DNA of 64,000 nucleotides from Callorhinchus milii (lineage: Eukaryota): the NCBI RefSeq assembly GCF_018977255.1, contig NW_024704743.1:73162001-73226000 (forward strand). The letters run 5' to 3'. Below the pieces are notes generated by a model. That model made no database searches. It had not been told where the DNA came from and worked only from the letters and a program-made list of their open reading frames with translations. Shown here piece by piece: positions 25,365-38,539 of this stretch (positions are counted from its first letter, which is position 1; each line of letters starts with the position of its first letter). The position numbers were made by a program, and so were the translations under genes.

Positions 25365-25655
25365 GTGAAGCGGGCTCTGGCCTCCTTCGCTCCACTATTG
25401 GCAGGCAGGCCTTCCACCACTGTGCACCCACCCTCTGGAACTCCATCCCACAGTCCCTCCATCTCGCCCTCTCCCTTGCCACCTTCAAGACTCATCTCAA
25501 GACCCTCCTCTTCGACGGTGCTATCGATCTCCCTGTTTCCCTCCCCTGCCCTCCCCCACCCCGACCCTCAGCTCGGGTCTGTAACTCTGTCCAGCGCCTT
25601 GGGCCGTCTTCCCGACGTGAAAGGCACTATACAAATGTGATTTTGTTGTTGTTTT
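25365..25655 (+). mobile_element. L2 LINE 3' end
   Basis: ctcaagaccctcctcttcgac...cccgacgtgaaaggcactatacaaatgtgattttgttgttg. Confidence 0.85.
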
Positions 25656-25921
25656 TGTTTTATCACTGTATTACTTGTTGAATGTATTTTTAAATCGTAA
25701 GCAGAACTACAGGAGCATTACCAGCATTGCAAAGAAACATTTATAATATTTTCCTTTCTTCAAGAATAGGACAATATAAATGTACACTGAGGTACACTTT
25801 GACGTGATGACAATGCGAATCATTCATCCTTCTGCAGAGTTCCTCCCTGACACTATTTTAGGTGAATAAATAATTGACTTAGGACATTTATCTGATTCTT
25901 GGAATATTTCTAATTTCTAAT

Positions 25922-26150
25922 GCAACAACAACAAATGACAATTGTATGGCGCCTTTCGTGACGGGAGGACGTCCCAAGATGCTGGACAGTCATGGATTTG
26001 GACCCGAGCTTGGGGGTTGGGATCAAGGAGGGTGGAGGGTAGGAAGGAGGGTGACTGAAGGCGCAGTCGAAGAGAAGGGTCTTGAGACGGGTCTTGAAGG
26101 AGGCAAGGGAAGGAGCGAGGTAGAGGGACTGCGGATAAAGTTCCATAAAG
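25922..26150 (-). mobile_element. L2 LINE 3' end
   Basis: caacaacaacaaatgac tail; minus ORF SLASFKTRLKTLLFDCAF. Confidence 0.85.
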
Positions 26151-26179
26151 TTCCACCGTCTTCACTTTGTCTCCACGAA

Positions 26180-27283
26180 TGATTTTCCTCCACCCCCTGC
26201 ACTGTCTCGTTCGGTGTCCCTCAGGGCTCTGTCCTCGGTCCCCTCCTCTTCACCCTCTATATGCTCCCCCTTGGTGACATCATCCGCAGACATGGGGTTA
26301 ACTTCCACATGTATGCGGATGACACCCAACTCTACCTTTCCTCCTCTACCCTCAACTCCATGACCACCGATGTCCTGACAGCCTGCCTGTCCGACATTGA
26401 GTCCTGGACGAGAGACAACTTTCTTCAGCTCAACGTGCGCAAAACTGAGGCCCTCCTGATTGGCTCATGTCAGCGCCTCCGCACCTCAGGCGCTGCACTC
26501 TCCACCTCTCAAAGCCAGTCAGGAACCTCGAGGTTCTGTTCGACCCTGAGCTGTCCTTTCTCCCTCATATCCGCGCCACAACTGGCACCGCCTTCCACCA
26601 CCTCCGGAACATCGCCAGACTACGGCACTACCTCACCCCTCACGCTGCTGAAACCCTGGTTCACGCCTTTGTCACCTCAAAGCTGGACTATGGGAACTCT
26701 CTCTTCGCCGGCCTTCCCGCCACCTCCCTCCACAAGCTGCAGGTCATTCAGAACTCTGCAGCTCGTGTACTGTCCCGCACCAGGCTTCGGGACCACATCA
26801 CTCCCACCCTCGCTCGCCTCCACTGGCTCCCCATCCCCCAGAGGATCGAATTCAAGATCCTCATCCTCACCTACAAGTCCATTCACGGCCTCGCTCCCTC
26901 CTACCTCTCCGACCTACTATCCCCCTACTTACCTGCCCGTACCCTCCGTTCCTCTGGCTCCGATCTGCTCCACATCCCCCGCCCCAAACGCCCTACCATC
27001 GGTGGCCGGGCCTTCAGCCTCTCAGCCCCGAGGCTCTGGAACTCTATCCCCTCCTCCTTCGCCGCCTCCTCCCTTTCCTCCTTCAAGGCGGGTCTCAAGA
27101 CCTTTCTCTTTGACCGTGCCTTCAGCTCCCCTCTCGACTCTCTACCCCCTCCTCGCTCCCTCCCTTCCCTCACCTCACCCTGACCATTTCCCCCCTGCTC
27201 GGGTCCTGATCCAACTGTACAGTGCCTTGGGACGTCCTCCCGACTTGAAGGGCGCTCTATAAATGGAATCTTGTTGTTGTTGT
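26180..27283 (+). mobile_element. Longest young L2 LINE fragment (about 1.1 kb, RT to tail), frameshifted near 26490
   Basis: [41 protein letters not shown], then [42 protein letters not shown]; (TTG)n tail. Confidence 0.95.
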
Positions 27284-28879
27284 ATAGGGTGGGTGCAGAA
27301 AGGCTGAAGGTCCGTCCACCAATGATGAGATAGGCAGGGTGGGGAACATTGGAGCAGGCCAGAGTGCACTGAGTGGAGGGAGTAGACAGTGATAAGACGT
27401 GATAAGACTCTGTATCAAATGCAATGATTATTTATACTCTCTCTCTGCAATCAGAGTTCCTTGCTGACACTATTTTAGGTAATATATGGAAATATAACCT
27501 AGAAAAGTGTAAACATAACCATTAAATGTGTCCTCTCTGAGTTTCTGTACAATTTCCCAGTTGTTGAATTGAAAAGATTTTTAATACCCTCACAATTTGT
27601 TTTAAACACAATTATTGTCGCTAAAGTTTAATATAGCTTTCAATTCAAATTTGGATTCAGCTAAAGTCTGTGTTTTATCCTCAATTAAGTAGATATTTAT
27701 TTAATTAAAAATGGTATTGTATTGTATTGTTATTTTTTATAAATACTAATTATTCTGTTGCTCTCCTCAAATTTAATGTGTTTACTAATTTGCATCAAAG
27801 TAGACTTTTTGAATTGCAAATGTTTTGGACTAATTGTTGATAGGAACAAAGCCAAATTTAGCTGTTTATAATTGACCACTGCTTCAGCACAATATTAGAA
27901 CAAATCTTCCTTTTATCCAATCAACGAATAACAAACACAGCATTAAAATTTTATTCTCTGCTAGTTCATACAGGCACTCAATTGGGAATGTGCGTATGTG
28001 TGTGTGGGGGTGGGGGGATTATTTGTGGTCATAGAATTCAAATGAGGATCTCCATTTACAATTATATTCTGATGACGTGCTGCCAAGAGGCAATTTTATA
28101 TACAATATATGTATGTATGTTGTATATGTATATTTCTTCATACACATTTATATTAAACTGTTTTGCTTGTAAATTATCTCCCATCTTGAGTTATCTTGGC
28201 CTCACCACTTTTGGTGCCAAGAGCTGGATGGAAAACCTGCCCACACAGCTGCCACCGCAAAGCAATAGCCAGGAGGCACTGGGGACCCCTTGGCATGACT
28301 GTTCCTCCATTTGCTTATCCATTGCAGCTTCCACTCAATATCTTGCCATTCAGTGGAGTTCTGATAGGGAGCGAAGTGGAAGAGAGACTAAACCTGCACT
28401 TATTCTTCACTCCATGGGTCTGAGTAGCAATAATCAATGCCCGCACAATACCCAAGATCACACTGTGATAAACAGAGCCAAGGCACTGGCCTGAGATAGC
28501 ACTATGATACACAGTGCCAATGTAATGTGAAATGTAGTGCTCTGAAACACAGCACTATTTCTTTAGTGCCCATCATAATACATCATCCTTGTGAAGAGCT
28601 CCAAGATGTTATCCTCTGTGACGGGCGCTATGGAAAATCAAGTTGGTTTTGCTGTATGACACCAGTGCACTTCCCGGATAAGTACTTGGAGTAAAAAAAT
28701 ATTAAAGAGCAAGGAGAAAGAGCAGAGGAATAGGATTAAAGTGGACAGCTCCATTGGGGAGCTAACCACCAGCACAGATGGGCTGAATGGGATCCTACTA
28801 TGCTATAAACTTTCTGAGACAATCTCACAATGTACAAGTGTCCTGTAAACTAATCCTACTTATATTACAGACACACTGT

Positions 28880-29170
28880 TTATTCTCCTTCAGATACTCG
28901 AATGAGTTAATGTTCTAAATGTGCAGTTTAATATGCAAATAGCTTTATGCCTGTGATTCCCTCCACTTGGGGAGCTTTTGTCAACATTAAATTCCATTTG
29001 CCACTTGTCAGCATAACTCACTAATTTAGCCAGATCCCTCTGCATTTACTTGTTATTTTCAATTCCCCCAGTTTGCTGTCATCAGCAAATTTAGATAGCT
29101 TGGTTTCTATGCCCATTTCAAATAGTTTATGCACAGCATAAATAGCCCTAGTATGAATTGCTGAAACACC
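28880..29170 (-). mobile_element. Old CR1 RT fragment
   Basis: gtttgctgtcatcagcaaatttag reads KFADDSKL on the minus strand; cattaaattccatttgccacttgtcagc reads ADKWQMEFN. Confidence 0.7.
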
Positions 29171-29794
29171 CTAACAGTGATAAGCAGAGTGCTATGATAT
29201 ATAGTGCCAATGCACTGCTGCCCTACTTCCCAATTGATATGCTTCCAGGTCTCTGCTCACCTGGTTTGATAACTAGCTGCTGGAGATACATAAAAAATGC
29301 CTTGAATGCAGATATTTGCCTCACCTTCTTTTCTTGAGGAGACTATCGCTCTCAATACGTTCCATTGCTCACAACATTAGAGAGTGAGAGCTTGCCGTAT
29401 GTGGGAGCAACAGGTACAACTTTATACTCTGTCATGTGTTGGTGCACCGCGCTTTATGGATCTTATTGGTTCATTATAATAATAATAATCCTTGCATTTG
29501 ACATAGAGTCTAAATCTGAGAATGTCTCATAATCATACCATTTCTGTTAAGTGACTACATTTTTTGGCGAAATATAATACTTTTCAGTTATTAAGAAAGT
29601 TATAGATGAAGTGTTAGGTTTCTCTTAATTACTCAAACCAACAAGTAATGTTTTGTGAAGCATTCAGTTTTACATGCATCATTTTCCACAGCATTGGTGA
29701 ATGATATACAGTATGTAAATACAAGCAATTTTATCTTTATTTTTGTACACATTAAAACATAAAATCAGAGCTATCCACTCTAATCCCATCCAAG

Positions 29795-30105
29795 TTTAAA
29801 GTTCACCCAATTGTCTAGTGGGTAAAGGTGCAGGACTTGGGCAGTACAGATCAGAAAGTCACAGGTTCCAATCTCGATCTTTGCTGTTAGTGGCTCATTT
29901 GTGTATGACCTGGGCCATTCCAATTTGCTTGTGCACCACTGGGCTGAGGAGGAAAAACTCAACTGAGGTTCCTGTTTCCAATCGCTATCCACACACCATT
30001 CGTGGGAAAATGAGCACGTGTGCATGTTGGGTGAGGACTGGATTAGGCTTTGTTGTGATGCTTCCTGTGGACAAATAGGCTCCCAATACTCAGGGTCAGG
30101 CTATG
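29795..30105 (+). mobile_element. LF-SINE-like ancient SINE; related relics near 18215-18330(+), 21820-21995(+), 23560-23775(-), 36740-36910(-) and 56010-56150(-)
   Basis: tRNA-like head, then ggaaaaactcaactgaggttcctgtttccaatcgctatcca and gggtgaggactggattaggctttgttgtgatgc, resembling my recollection of LF-SINE; the listed copies resemble one another. Confidence 0.5.
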
Positions 30106-30809
30106 TTGTTACGGTTACCTACTCCTTATTTCTATTATCAAGAATAAAGAAAGATGCTGATGACAACTGATAAGCCTTTATCAAGACATTGGATATTTTA
30201 TTATAAAACATTACAGTGCTTCTGCAATAAATGATGTGAATTTTCCTATTTCTTATTATTTTTGCTGGCTTTAGTCAGGCCACTATTCCTATCTTATCCT
30301 AATTTTCATTATTGAAAATACTGTATTAACGCTACAATTTTGCTTTCAGTATTTATAATTAATACTAGAGTTGTATGCAAATTAAAAGATATTTTTAATA
30401 TAAGTCATTGAAACCATTGTTAAAACTGTCTTTTAAAGATTCAACTAAAGTTACACATTGCTTTATGTGTTTATATACTATATTTTGTTTAACCTGCATA
30501 TTGTTTACCCAAGTAAAAGTTTTTCATTTATGTTATTTTCATAGAATTTTCCTTTTTAATCTGCAAACATTATCTCTGTTTTGTCACTGAATTCAATTAT
30601 AGATTTCTTTTTGATTGATGTCATTAATACAAACCCTAGAATTTATTTACTTCCTTAGCGATTAACCCGCTTTGATGTAGCAAATGCAATCTGAGTCTTT
30701 ATAATTATCTAACCTGCATAGAAACACTGAAATTTACGGCACAGAAGAAAGCTATTCAGCCCATCATGCCTCTGCCGGTTCCCTCGAACAATAAAAATTC
30801 CGTTATAAA

Positions 30810-31085
30810 TAATAATAATAATCCTTGCATTTGATAATGTGCCTTATCACGTCTTCGAGACGTCTCGAAGCGCTTCACAGAATATATTGTAAGGTGAAAC
30901 AAAAACAGAAGTCCCTGGGAACACTCAGCAGGTCAGGCAGCATCTACGGAGAAAGGAAAGTGAATCAACGTTTCGGGTCCATGGCCCTTCGTCAAAGCGT
31001 CAAAGACCCTTCAAATTTCCAGCATCTGCAGTGCATTTTGTTTATATTGTAAAGTGAATTGACTGTATATTTTGTGGGCAAAACC
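30810..31085 (-). mobile_element. SINE 3' part interrupted by a Penelope-type insertion
   Basis: SINE tail runs 30810-30898 and resumes at 31043 with aagtgaattgactgtatattttgtgggc. Confidence 0.8.
30899..31042 (-). mobile_element. Penelope-type insertion with hammerhead motif, an inverted terminal segment and a 16-bp flanking duplication
   Basis: Minus strand TTGACGA-AGGGCCATGGACCC-GAAACGTT (about 30967-30995); 31015-31042 is the reverse complement of the start of the 11055 copy; flanks tatattgtaaggtgaa (30883-30898) and tatattgtaaagtgaa (31043-31058). Confidence 0.65.
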
Positions 31086-31235
31086 TCATGAATCAGTGTG
31101 CTACCAACTTAAGTAATTCTATATGTGAATTAATTAATTTACTTAACTTAGCTAATTCGATATGTAAACCACTAAAAACACTGTTCACAAAAGCTTCCTT
31201 GTTTTCCTTCCTCTAAATTCAAGAAGCTGAATTAA

Positions 31236-31400
<165 letters not shown>

Positions 31401-31849
31401 TGAACTGTCACGTATGGTTTGCTACGCAATCAGTTTGGTGATTGAATATTGTTCTAAAAGAATTGTTGAATTAGTGATGTTATTAAAGTTCCATTAAAAA
31501 GAGTAGAATTTCCATGGCTAATGTGCATTCACTGTTCCATAGAGTGGGTTTTGGTGGTAAATAATAGGTTATTTTTTGTATTGCGTTTTGTTTGGGTTTT
31601 TTCACAATGATTCAAATATTCTTCTGCAGAATTGGATATGACCAACACAATCAGCATAGAATATTCATTTTCACAGTAACGTTGCTTTTAATTGATTTAA
31701 TTGCTTGGAGACTCTACCCCGAGTGAAGGGTGCTATTGAAATGCAAGTTGTTGTTGTATTTACAGTTCTGACAATAGTATTTCAATAATTGAGTGTATTA
31801 CCAGTCTATTTCTTTCTGTTGTGCACATACATTTTAAAGAGTATGTGCT

Positions 31850-32310
31850 ATCCAGAACTCTGCAGCCCACATCCTCTCCCTCACTGGGCTCTGCGATCTT
31901 ATTTACCCCACCTTGCTCAGCTCCACTGGCTTCCCGTCCCCCATAGATCTGAATTCAAAATCCTCATCCTCGCATTCAAAGCCATCCACAGCCTCACTCT
32001 ACCTTACCTCTGTGACCTCCTGCAACCCTACCCAACTGCTTCCTCTCTCCTCAACAAACATAGCCTGCTTCATGTCCCCGCCATTCCCACCCCACCATCG
32101 GTTGATGAGCCATCCTGTCCCCACTCTCTGGAACTCTGACCGGAATCCCTCTGACTCACACCCTCTTCCCATTTCAAAGCCCACTCAAGCCGTCACTTCT
32201 TCGACCGAGCTTTTGGTCATCTTTCCCCCATCCCCAGACCTTCTTCAGCTTCCACCTCCCAGGTGTTTTGAGCCATGTGTAAGGTGCTATATGATGTAAA
32301 TTGTATTGCA
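31850..32310 (+). mobile_element. Old L2 LINE 3' fragment
   Basis: LAQLHWLPVPHRSEFKILILAFKAIHSL. Confidence 0.85.
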
Positions 32311-32315
32311 TAGTT

Positions 32316-32690
32316 CAGGGTGGTCCAACCTTTTGGCTGCTGCAGGCCATATTCCCTATCTGAGAAAAGTCTGTGGGCGCATCCGGCCTGGGCCAGCTGG
32401 CGTCCCGCTGGCCACATCTGGCCCGGCTGGTGATTTTATCTGAACTGAGACCATTTCCAACATTTCAACTTCTGTTCCATACCTCCCTCCCTGTTGAACG
32501 TTCTCCCAGGGCAGTGGCAGGAGTCAGATGTTCGCCGCACTGTGTCCTCCCAACTGCCAGCTCCTGCCGCCGCCCTGGAAGGACATTCACCAGGGAGAGG
32601 GGGATTGGGATTTGTAATGTTGGAAATGGTCGCGAACCGCATAAAATCACCCATCAAGCTGCATGCTGCCCGTGGGCCACCTAATAGCTG
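32316..32690. mobile_element. hAT (Charlie-like) non-autonomous DNA element with a decayed right end
   Basis: Starts cagggtggtccaaccttttgg, typical of CAGGGGTGTCCAACC-type termini; GC-rich ggcc motifs; gcccgtgggccac near the end. Confidence 0.5.
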
Positions 32691-33114
32691 GTCCAATAGC
32701 TGGTCAACATTGTCCAGAACAACAGAAACATGAAAGTTGTTTTTCTTGGGTTCCGCTTGGCGCAGTTAGTTGATGCAGATTTGAAAACAATCTTGTTAGC
32801 TACACTTCATTAGTTTATGAAAATCTTCATCAGCATTAAATGCCAAAGCCCTTGATTAAGTACTTGGAAATTAAACTCTTGACTATTGCCTTTGCTTAAT
32901 GTAATTACATTTCCTAATGAAATAACATATGCATTGCAGTACTGACTAAGTGATAAAAATAAAACTGCGGATGCAGAAATCTGAACTTAAACCAGAAAAT
33001 GTTGGAGAAGCGGAGCAGGTCAATTGGCATCTGAATAAGAACAAATCATACTAATATTTTCTCATTTGCAAAACATCTCAAAGTGATTTGTAGGAGTTAT
33101 TGTAATTTAATGGC

Positions 33115-33580
33115 ACATCTGTGCCATGATTCGTTCTGCCTTTTCCCACCTCCACAACATCGCTCGGCTCTGCCACTGCCTCTCCCTAAGGCCGGCGAGA
33201 GCCTCATCCACGTATTTGTTACATCCAGGCTCAACTACGACAACTCCCTGCTTGTCAGCCTTCCCAACTTTTCCCTCCACAAGCTGCAAATCATCCAGAA
33301 CTCTGCAGCTCATGTCCTCTCCCATATCAAGCTCTGTGACCTTATCTCCCCCACCCTCGGCCGGTTCCCCTGGCTCCCCATCCCCCAGAGGATTGAGTTC
33401 AAATCCTCATCCTCGCCTTCAAAGCCCTCCGAGCTCTGTGAGCTACTAACACCATATCAAGCTGTCTATTCCCTCAGATCAGCAGGCACCGGCCTGCTCC
33501 AGTCCCCCACCCAGCCCACCCTATCATCGGCGGTTGGGCTTTCAGCCTCTTGGCTCCTTCAAGGCACACGTCGAGACCCA
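33115..33580 (+). mobile_element. Old L2 LINE fragment
   Basis: [41 protein letters not shown]. Confidence 0.85.
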
Positions 33581-34099
33581 CCTTCCTACTCAAGGGGAGC
33601 ATAACCTACTTGCAGAATGGAGTTCTCGCATGTTGACAGGAATTCCTAGCTAAACTAGCATTATCTTCAGCTTCTTAACTAAAGAAATATTGCAAGGTAA
33701 TCCCAAATGTTTGATTAGTGATATTGATATTATGATATTAATATCAGAGTCAAATTTCAAAGAGCAATGAGTCAAAATTAAAAGGTCTTCCCAGGATCTT
33801 CTTAGCTGTGACTAATCTTACTGAAGAACTTAGCAGAATGAACGATTTTCATGATCTGATTTCGATGAACATTTTCCGTCTTGTATTTATGTAGGCTTTA
33901 ACTGCACAGTAGGATTGTCGGCTCATAGAGCTTCACAAGGTGTACTATAAAGTGCAGTGACTGTATTTTGTGTGCAAACAATTATGTATGCTACCTATAC
34001 AATTGTTTGCCTGTATCTGGAATGCAGTATACATTCTCTCCCAGGTCATCCTGTTTACAAACTTCCAGAGTATCAGGTGCAGATTGCCAAGAGCCGAGG

Positions 34100-34385
34100 C
34101 CTGAGTGTGCAATGTTCAGGGGATGTTAAAGATCCCGTGGCACTATTTGAAAAGAGAACGGGATCAATGGCCAGGACACACTCCCTGTGTCCTGGCCATT
34201 GATCCCCCAAAATAAAATTGGTCACTCACTCCATGGCTGTTTGTGGGACATTGCGGTGCACAACTGGCTGCCATGTTTTGCCAACAACACTAAATAGTCT
34301 AACCACGTTACAGTATATCCTGTGAAGTACTTTGACATGTCTCAATGACTTGATAAGGCATTATATCAACTGTAAGGATTATTGT
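34100..34385 (+). mobile_element. Deu-domain SINE, 3' half
   Basis: ggatgttaaagatcccgtggcactatttgaaaagag...tgtcctggcc plus tail tatcaactgtaaggattatt. Confidence 0.75.
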
Positions 34386-35799
34386 TAAGCTTTTCCTACA
34401 AATAAATCCATTGGTTATTTTGCTCTCTTCCACTCGCTTTCGTGCTTCTTTTCTTTTACAACCTGAAAATATTCAGCCAGTTTTCCTTATTGACTCTGCA
34501 GGGAATTACTTGGTGTCTAAGCGCCCTTTAAGTAAACGTTTCTATTAAGAATTTGCACATGAACTGTATTAAAGCGTTGTTGGAAGTACTAATTTATTTT
34601 ATGTACGCTTTAGGAGGTTTATAGTGCTTTCTTGGTACATTTCCCTATTTGCAAATGTAATTAGCTCGAAGATGCCTGTAAGGCAACAGTTTTACCAGTA
34701 GCATCAAATTTGACAACCTGAGAGGACTTCAGGGAGTGAAACATTTCCGTTGAGTAAAAGATTTAATGCAACAATGAAACGGAAAGGTGGCAAAATCAAA
34801 AAGAGCTATTTATTTTTCATCGAAGAATCGTGAATTATTATTCTGCACTTTTTTTGAAACCTAATGAGAGACCTTAATAATTGGAGCAACATTATTCGGT
34901 GTTTGTACAGAGAATGTAATATCATTTACGTGCAACAATGGAATTAGAAAAAATTGAAAATTCATGGCAACAAAATACAGCAAAGCCCAGTTATAAGGCA
35001 GTAAGTAATCTGTGAGTCCATAAGATCCCCTTATAACGGGGCCACAATAGTCAGTCAGCCGGCACTTCTGCATTCATTGTGCATGAGTGTCACCAGCTGG
35101 CTCACTTCCTGCATACCAACTGGCTACCACACTAAAAATTGGCTGATTTCAGAATCATAAGGTTGTTCCTTACCTCAAGTTGCCTGCAACCTGATGACTC
35201 AAACATTGGCCATTTTTAGAGTAGGAGCCAGTTGGCTGAATGGATTTTCTAGTGCGTAAATGTCAGGAATCAAACCGCATTGAAGCACATCTGTTTTAGA
35301 TTCTGTAAATTTAGCATGTAGAATTTTCCTGTAAACCATGCAACAGTAGTGTGCGCCACGGAATGATATGAACCATGTTTGGTTATGGGCGGAATTCAAC
35401 ATTTGCAATTCCGGATGCAAATCGTTTGTTCAGACCCCATTATTTAACTTCACTTGTCTATCCACTGAATGAGTTGTGCAGCACCCTGGTAGCATTATAT
35501 CTTTTGCCATTTGTTACAGAATAAGAACCTTATGTAATTTTATGCACAAATTGTTGACAAGTTCTACGCTTTACAGTTTTGACTAGGGCCAATGAATTAA
35601 ACATTTAAACATTTTTTTCCTACACATTTGGATTCATGAAGACTATTGGTCTAAGATTAGTTTTAGTCCATCTGGTGGTTATGACATTGGCTTTGGCGAG
35701 AGACTTTTCGACTGAAATGAAAGCAAGTGAAATCAGAGAGAATCGTAAATTTAATAATGAATTGCTTAGATAATAGGAAATTGAGGGAATCATAGGAAA

Positions 35800-36230
35800 T
35801 CATCGCTGATGCTTCTAATTGAGCAGCTGTGACCAGCCACATCCTCCAGGGATCAGTCCTGTGACACCTGCTGTTTGTAATATTTATTAATGACCAAAAT
35901 TTAGGCTATTGTAAGGAGAATGTCTAATGTTGAGGATGAAACCAAGTTGTGTGAAAAAAACAGGATGTTTCAAGGAGAGGAATGAAGTTCAGCAAGGTCC
36001 ACTGAGACTTCGCAACTAAATTAATTAATGGCAGATGGCATTTAATATTGAGATGTGAGGGAAGATACGTTGGTGCTGAAAATAGCAGATATGATTGCAG
36101 AGTGAAGGGTATCTTGTTGAAAGAAAGGTGGAGCAGCAGGATGATTTGAGCCGAGTTTCCCCAAACATTGAAAGGATTGTTAAATTCGGAAGCTGTCATT
36201 GCAATGATAAATAGAATGTTGGGTTAGAAG
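35800..36230 (+). mobile_element. Highly degraded CR1 RT fragment
   Basis: cctccagggatcagtcctg (PQGSVL) and tggcagatggcatttaat (WQMAFN). Confidence 0.6.
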
Positions 36231-36997
36231 TAATATTGGACCTCTCACATTTCACACACTGCGTGCACAGTATTCTCTGTTGCTTTTATCACTGTATGAA
36301 CAAAAGTAGATAATGACAATTAGTCAAATAATGGTAATAAAGATTGTTCCTTGTTTTAGTTCACTATTATGAAAAGAGGTAAATAGAGATCAATATGTTC
36401 AAATCAAAGGTAAGACATGAGGCAAAATACTGCAGAAATTGCCATTAAGGGCAGTCAATACACTGATCTATTTTGTCCTTGTTAGTAAAGTGCGATCATT
36501 AGTGATTAAATAAGGGATTTTGGTAACCATGAGTTTTAAATGAAAAAAAATCAGTGGAGTGAATAGCAAGTGGCTCTTATTTGCTGAGGTGTCCACAAAG
36601 TGATGTTTTGCTGTACAGGATGAAATTGACACAAAAAAAAGTGTTTGGAATATCAGAACTGCTTGATTCAGCAAATTTTCTTTTTGATCATGGGTTCTCC
36701 GCAACAAAGAGCTAACAGTTAGCAATTATCCCTCCATGGGTAGCTGGTATTTGTGTTGCACTGTGATCCCAGATCCCAGAAGTACTGCTGATTTTCCTTT
36801 CCTTCTGTCAGCTACGCACTTTATTTCTGAGGTCAGCAATTCACAGCCTGAGGAAGCCAAAATGCAAATTTCAATCAAGGACAGAATTCAAACCCAGATC
36901 CCCCAGTGCAGGTGAAGAAGGACATGAGCTAAAGATCACAAAGTCAACAAAACAGAAAGAAACCTATATACATTATTGTTGGAGTTATTAAATTACA

Positions 36998-37820
36998 AGA
37001 ACAACAACAAAATTACATTTTTATAGCGCCTTTCAAGTCGGGAGGACGTCCCAAGGCGCTGGACAGTCAGAGTTTTGGACCCGAGCTGGGGGTCGGGATC
37101 GGGGAGTATGGAGGCCAGTGGGGGAAAGCAGGGAGATCGAAAGCACGGTCGAAAACGAGGATCTTGAGATGGGTCTTGAAAGAGGCAAGGGAGGGAGTGA
37201 GATGGAGGGACTGCAGAATGGAGTTCGAGAGGACGGGGGGCAGAGTGGCAGAAGGTCTGCCCACCAATAGTGAGGTGAGCAAGGTGGGGGATGTGAAGCA
37301 GGCTGGAGCCGGCTTAGCGAGCGAGCGAGCAGGATGGTAGGGGGTTAGGAGGTTGCAGAGGCGGGGGGAGCAAAACCATGGAGGGCTTTGAAGGTGAGGA
37401 CCAGGATCTTCAACTGTATCCTCTGTGTGATGGAAAGCCAGTGGAGTCGGACGAGATGAGGGTGATAGGGTCACGGAGTTTGGTGCGGGAGAGTACACGG
37501 GCTGCAGACTTCTGGATGATCTGCAGCCTGTGGAGGGAGGAGTTGGGAAGGCCGACAAGCAAGGAGTTTGCAGATTATGTCACCAAGATATTGAAGAGGA
37601 AGGGACCCAGGACAGAGCCCTGAGGAACTCCGCACGCGATGGTGTGTGGGGTAGAGGAGAAACCGTTTGTGGAGATGAAATGCAGGCGGTGTGAGAGGTA
37701 CGATCTGAACCAGTCAAGGACAGAATCGTGAAGATTGAGGTGAGAGGAGAGGCGATGGATGAGGATAGAGTGGTCAATGATGTTGAAGGCAGCAGAGAGG
37801 TCGCCGATGGACAGAATGCA
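36998..37820 (-). mobile_element. L2 LINE fragment with internal deletion
   Basis: [35 protein letters not shown] joined directly to the C-terminal region; (CAA)n tail at about 37000. Confidence 0.88.
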
Positions 37821-37949
37821 GATTAATACGAAAGAAAGTTGTAGAAAAGCGAGTGGGAAAATAAAACAGGGCAGGGATCGTTGACAGAAAAAGATCTGAA
37901 ATGCTTTACATGGTGAATAATGAGTTAAAACTAACCAATCTGAAGAAGT

Positions 37950-38281
37950 AATAATAATAATAATAATAATAACCCTTGCATTTGATATAGCGCTTTTCAC
38001 GTCGGGAGGACGTCCCAAAGCACTTCACAGAATATACTGTAAAGTGAATTGACTGTATATTTGTGGGTGAATGCGGCAGCCAATTGCGCACAGCAATGTC
38101 CCACAAACAGTCATGGATTGAAAGTGACCAATTTTTTATTATTGTTTTTTTTTTGGAGGGATTATTATTAGACGTGTGGAGTAAGGAAACTTGCCCAAGG
38201 TTTCGCCCTGTGCCTGGAATTGAACTCGGGTCTCTCGCTTGCAAAGCGAGTGCTCTAACCACTGAGCTACAGGACTCCACA
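37950..38281 (-). mobile_element. Young full-length tRNA-Ala SINE
   Basis: Reverse complement of 15489-15819. Confidence 0.92.
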
Positions 38282-38539
38282 AGTAATGCAGAACCCTTAA
38301 CCAGTGTGATAACAGGGATGTTTTAGCATGATAAAATCTACATCAATGCTGGTATGACGTTGCTGTTTTTGCCACCTTCACATAGATTGTTTAGTTGTGT
38401 TCGCCACTTGTCTGTACTTTGCCCATGTGCCCAGAGATGGCAAGACAAATATTTTACACAGTTAAAATCCATTTATTGTAACATTTCCAAAAAACGTTAC
38501 AGGAAGTTAGCAAATAAGGATGAAGAACAATCACATGGA

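Noticed and set aside
26261..27262. 333-aa and 238-aa ORFs as host genes or an active reverse transcriptase
   Set aside because: They are overlapping frames of one 5'-truncated, frameshifted L2 copy lacking the endonuclease and the RT N-terminus.
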